Assembly (NCBI GenBank): GCA_049318005.1 | Contig: JBMOHE010000002.1 | Coordinates: forward strand, 77,824 to 141,823 | DNA: 64,000 nt | Source: Patescibacteria group bacterium | GTDB lineage: Bacteria > Patescibacteriota > Patescibacteriia > Patescibacteriales > UBA12465 | Direction of reading: 5' to 3' | Shown here: positions 61,332 through 64,000 of the stretch, piece by piece | How positions within the stretch are numbered: the first letter of the stretch is position 1 | Layout: each line of letters begins with the position of its first letter | The notes under the pieces: model-generated | The model's database searches: none | Told to the model about the DNA's origin: nothing | Seen by the model: only the letters and a program-made list of their open reading frames with translations | Program-made: the position numbers and the translations under genes

Positions 61332-62591
61332 TTATTTTACTTTTCTTCTTATAACCATTAAAGCCGGCACTTCGCCAAGTTTTTTATCTAATTCTAGATA
61401 AGCAATTTGTCCTCCACCACCGCCATGAGCCTCTTCGAGCACGGCATCTTTTTTAATATCCCAAAGATTCAATAATTTCAAATTAATTATATCATAATTC
61501 GGCCGAATAATCTCGATTTCATCCCCAATTTTAATAGTATTATGAACCTGAAAATTAATTCGAGTTTTCCCGGCTTTAGTTACCTCACTGCTTATTACCT
61601 GACCACAAAACTCCCAATCACTTTTATTGTGTGCGTCGAGAGTGTTTTGATCGGCTTTTCCTCCCAAAAGAAAACCTTTGGTATAACCGCGATGAACCAA
61701 TTTTGTTTCGAGCTCTGAATATAAGTAATCTAATTCTTTTTTTAATTTTACGCTTGGAGTCTTTTTATTAATCAAATCAAGCGCTCGTCTATAGACACCA
61801 GAAACTACTGCCTGATAATAGACACTTTTGGCGCGCCCTTCAATCTTAAAACTAGTGATCCCCGCTTCAACTAAATCTTTAAGGTGATTTATCAAGCACA
61901 AATCTTTTGAGTTTAATAAATAAGTTCCATGTTTTTCCTCAACTAATTCAAGTTCTTCGGGATGATTGCCAGTTTTTAACGTTACGTCATATGCCCAACG
62001 ACAAGGCTGAGCACAGTCACCCAAATTTCCGCTTCTATCTAAAATTAATTTTGATAAAAAACAACGTCCTGAATATGCCATGCACATCGCACCATGGATA
62101 AAATACTCTAACTCAACTTTTGGCACTGCTTTATGGATCTCTTTTATTTCTTTTAAAGTAACCTCCCGACCTAAGATAATTCTTTTTAATCCCTGCTTGG
62201 ACCAGAACTTAACCGCCTCTAAATTAGTACAGTTCGCCTGGGTTGATAAATGTATTTCGGCAGTCTTCCAATTCTTTTTTACAAGCGCAATAATCCCGGG
62301 GTCAGAAATGATTAAAGCATCAACCCTCATCGCCCTAAGAGCCTTAATATAAGCGGGCAATTTTTTTAAATGCTCGTTATGAGCAAAGATATTCAAAGTA
62401 ACATAAACTTTCTTCTTTTTATCATGAGCATATTTAACCGCTTCTTTAATTCCCTTTAAATCAAAGTCGTTTATTCTGACTCTTAAGGAATAATCGGGTA
62501 TACCAAGATAAACTGCGTCAGCACCATAGCTAAAAGCCGTCTTCATTTTTAATATATTTCCAGCCGGAGCAAGCAATTCTAATTTTTTCAT
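61332..62591 (-). CDS. peptidase U32 family protein
   Basis: 419 aa; LELLAPAGN...GADAVYLG...; conserved Cys cluster region EYFIHGAMCMAYSGRCFLS. Confidence 0.85.
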   Translation of the reverse strand: MKKLELLAPAGNILKMKTAFSYGADAVYLGIPDYSLRVRINDFDLKGIKEAVKYAHDKKKKVYVTLNIFAHNEHLKKLPAYIKALRAMRVDALIISDPGIIALVKKNWKTAEIHLSTQANCTNLEAVKFWSKQGLKRIILGREVTLKEIKEIHKAVPKVELEYFIHGAMCMAYSGRCFLSKLILDRSGNLGDCAQPCRWAYDVTLKTGNHPEELELVEEKHGTYLLNSKDLCLINHLKDLVEAGITSFKIEGRAKSVYYQAVVSGVYRRALDLINKKTPSVKLKKELDYLYSELETKLVHRGYTKGFLLGGKADQNTLDAHNKSDWEFCGQVISSEVTKAGKTRINFQVHNTIKIGDEIEIIRPNYDIINLKLLNLWDIKKDAVLEEAHGGGGGQIAYLELDKKLGEVPALMVIRRKVK

Positions 62592-62650
62592 ATATATTAG
62601 CCAAATTTTTTATGTAATTATTATAGTATATTTCTAAGTTTAAATAAATA

Positions 62651-62679
62651 TTGACAAGATTAAATAAATATGGTATAAT
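62651..62679 (+). promoter_or_regulatory. consensus promoter with -16 TRTG motif
   Basis: TTGACA, agattaaATAAATATGg (17 nt), TATAAT. Confidence 0.7.
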
Positions 62680-62737
62680 TATATTACGATTAAGTTAGAA
62701 TCGTTCTTTCAAAACAAACACACAAAAAAATACAATC

Positions 62738-62959
62738 ATGAAGAAAAATGTAGACTTTCGTTTCGTAGCAATTATTGTAACCACCATCTTAATGGCCGCT
62801 ATCATGTTCTTATCTAGCACTTACCCTGAAGCAAGTGCCAAGGTGATGAACTCTGTAAGCACTGGTGCTCTGTACTTCGCATTAGCATGTGTTGCAATAT
62901 TCGTCTATTTCGTTGGGAAATTAATGTTTCACTTCTTTAAAGAAATGGTTATTAAATAA
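62738..62959 (+). CDS. small two-TM membrane protein
   Basis: 73 aa; two hydrophobic helices; has its own promoter and terminator. Confidence 0.6.
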   Translation: MKKNVDFRFVAIIVTTILMAAIMFLSSTYPEASAKVMNSVSTGALYFALACVAIFVYFVGKLMFHFFKEMVIK

Positions 62960-62979
62960 ACCCCGAAAAAACCACTAAA

Positions 62980-63012
62980 GCCTCTACCCTAAAAAAGTAG
63001 AGGCATTTTTTT
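62980..63012 (+). terminator. rho-independent terminator
   Basis: GCCTCTAC-cctaaaaaa-GTAGAGGC followed by ATTTTTTT. Confidence 0.85.
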
Positions 63013-63016
63013 ATTC

Positions 63017-63045
63017 TTGACAGTATTTAATAAATATGATACTAT
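63017..63045 (+). promoter_or_regulatory. promoter with -16 TRTG motif
   Basis: TTGACA, gtatttaATAAATATGa (17 nt), TACTAT. Confidence 0.6.
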
Positions 63046-63144
63046 TTCTAGACAAATAATGACCAAGTCGTACTATGCGACCAAATTCATTAAACGCTCT
63101 TTAAAAATATATCCCGAAAACTAACATATAAAAACTCCCACAAA

Positions 63145-63291
63145 ATGGAACTACTATTATTTTTTGAGGACCAAACTCCTTTAGAGATCGCACTAACTAT
63201 TGCGGTTGCGATCTTTCTTTTATGTATTATCACAATACTTATTGCATTCGCTGTAAAAAATCACCGAAATAAATCAAACCAAAAAAATTAA
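63145..63291 (+). CDS. unannotated 48-aa single-TM micro-protein
   Basis: ATG at 63145, TAA at 63289-63291: MELLLFFEDQTPLEIALTIAVAIFLLCIITILIAFAVKNHRNKSNQKN. It ends 7 nt before the next gene. Confidence 0.45.
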   Translation: MELLLFFEDQTPLEIALTIAVAIFLLCIITILIAFAVKNHRNKSNQKN

Positions 63292-63298
63292 TTAAGTC

Positions 63299-63787
63299 AT
63301 GAAAAATAAACTTTTTATAACCGCTATTTGCTGCATTGTGCTTATGCTAGCATCAACCGTTTCCGCAAAAGAAACTCTAATTGTAAAACAGAACAAAACT
63401 GTTTATTACTTTCAGCTCGAAAATTACCGCGATGTTAATATGTATGTCTTGGCCGATGTGCTTGTTAATCCAACAATCGCCGATTTAGTTATTCTTGAAG
63501 CTCCAAAATCTTCATGGGATATTATCAACCGGGTTGAAGATGGCGTCTATTTTTCTTATAAAGACAAGCAGGATGATCAGATTAAATCTTTGCGGGAAGA
63601 AAATACAGAGCTAAAAAAATACAAGGCGAAAATTGAACAAAGAAAACAGACAAATTCGCGTACAGCTATTTGGATTGGAGTTATAATATGTTTTATTGGA
63701 TCAATACTTATTCTTTTCCGGAATAAACTAGTTGAATACCCTAAGATTAAAAAACCGAGAAAAAAAATATTCAAAGCCGAAAATTAA
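63299..63787 (+). CDS. exported protein with C-terminal membrane anchor, unknown function
   Basis: 162 aa; signal peptide (LMLASTVSA/KE), coiled-coil segment (IKSLREENTELKKYKAKIEQRK), C-terminal TM (AIWIGVIICFIGSILILF). Confidence 0.7.
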   Translation: MKNKLFITAICCIVLMLASTVSAKETLIVKQNKTVYYFQLENYRDVNMYVLADVLVNPTIADLVILEAPKSSWDIINRVEDGVYFSYKDKQDDQIKSLREENTELKKYKAKIEQRKQTNSRTAIWIGVIICFIGSILILFRNKLVEYPKIKKPRKKIFKAEN

Positions 63788-63807
63788 TAAAAAATCACAA
63801 TCTCAAA

Positions 63808-63845
63808 AGCCCCAGTGCAATTTCGCACCGGGGCTCTTTTATTTT
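63808..63845. terminator. terminator between convergent genes
   Basis: AGCCCCAGTG-caatttcg-CACCGGGGCT (one mismatch) followed by CTTTTATTTT. Confidence 0.7.
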
Positions 63846-63882
63846 CAAAATATTTGTTTACTTCGCCTTGGACGGATATTTC

Positions 63883-64000
63883 CTACTTCTTCAAACCTAA
63901 ACTTAATTTTGCCTCATCAATTTTGATTTCCTTAGAAACTAAAACTTCCGGTAAGGCGTCAACAAAATTTAAAGCTGAGCTCAATGTATCTTTCATAATA
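63883..64000 (-). CDS. 3' end of a minus-strand CDS continuing beyond the window (or a 37-aa ORF starting at 63996)
   Basis: Open minus frame from the window edge to TAG (63885-63883): ...MKDTLSSALNFVDALPEVLVSKEIKIDEAKLSLGLKK. Confidence 0.3.
   Translation of the reverse strand, partial: IMKDTLSSALNFVDALPEVLVSKEIKIDEAKLSLGLKK

Noticed and set aside
62600-63060. Repeated A/T-rich strings (TTAAATAAATAT, ATAAATATG) as a CRISPR array or other repeat array.
   Set aside because: There are only two or three short copies, each aligned with -35/-10 hexamers upstream of genes. There are no regular repeat-spacer units and no cas genes.
1-64000. Mobile elements, prophage or defence islands (transposase, integrase, restriction-modification, Cas, retron RT).
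   Set aside because: No ORF shows DDE, tyrosine- or serine-recombinase, RT, methyltransferase or nuclease signatures that I can recognise. No terminal inverted repeats or att-like direct repeats flank the accessory patches.

Overview
This window is AT-rich, almost fully coding, and mostly transcribed on the minus strand. It looks like a reduced bacterial genome of the Candidate Phyla Radiation (Patescibacteria) type; that placement is inferred from gene content, not from any search.

Content, in order:
- 330-16297: a str-S10-spc ribosomal supercluster (rpsL-rpsG-fusA-orf126-tuf-rpsJ...rplO-secY). It has no L30 gene, and no adk or map follows secY.
- 16.5-25 kb: an accessory patch of orphan, secreted and lipoprotein genes, plus rpmB and an HD hydrolase.
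- 25045-28350: comEC, prfB and an orphan gene.
- 28567-32750: a detached alpha operon (infA-rpmJ-rpsM-rpsK-rpsD-rpoA-rplQ-rplM-rpsI).
- 32877-42358: alaS, then a cell-wall cluster (murB, an ABC exporter, murC, murG, ftsW, mraY).
- 42.9-56.9 kb: glycosyltransferase and sugar-nucleotide genes, an S8 protease, a receiver domain, a repeat protein and a second mreB.
- 56995-62591: mreBCD, proS, ruvA and a U32 peptidase.
- 62.6-63.9 kb: small membrane-protein cassettes.

I found no rRNA, tRNA, CRISPR array, transposase or integrase.

Most interesting observations:
1. rpoA encodes only the alpha N-terminal domain, while an orphan 256-aa protein encoded divergently from rpsL ends in an alpha-CTD-like helix-hairpin-helix module.
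2. A 126-aa Phd/YefM-like ORF is inserted between fusA and tuf.
3. A PilB/GspE-like protein has degenerate ATPase motifs.
4. A CheY-like receiver, a second MreB and a novel 6 x 30-aa repeat protein form one module.
5. Unannotated 45-48-aa transmembrane micro-ORFs sit ahead of exported-protein genes, behind near-identical promoters.
6. Core genes lack a Shine-Dalgarno motif but show an ATATG start context, and hairpin-plus-U-tract elements recur just upstream of start codons.

All calls rest on reading the sequence and on motif memory. No database search was run, and promoter and terminator coordinates are approximate.
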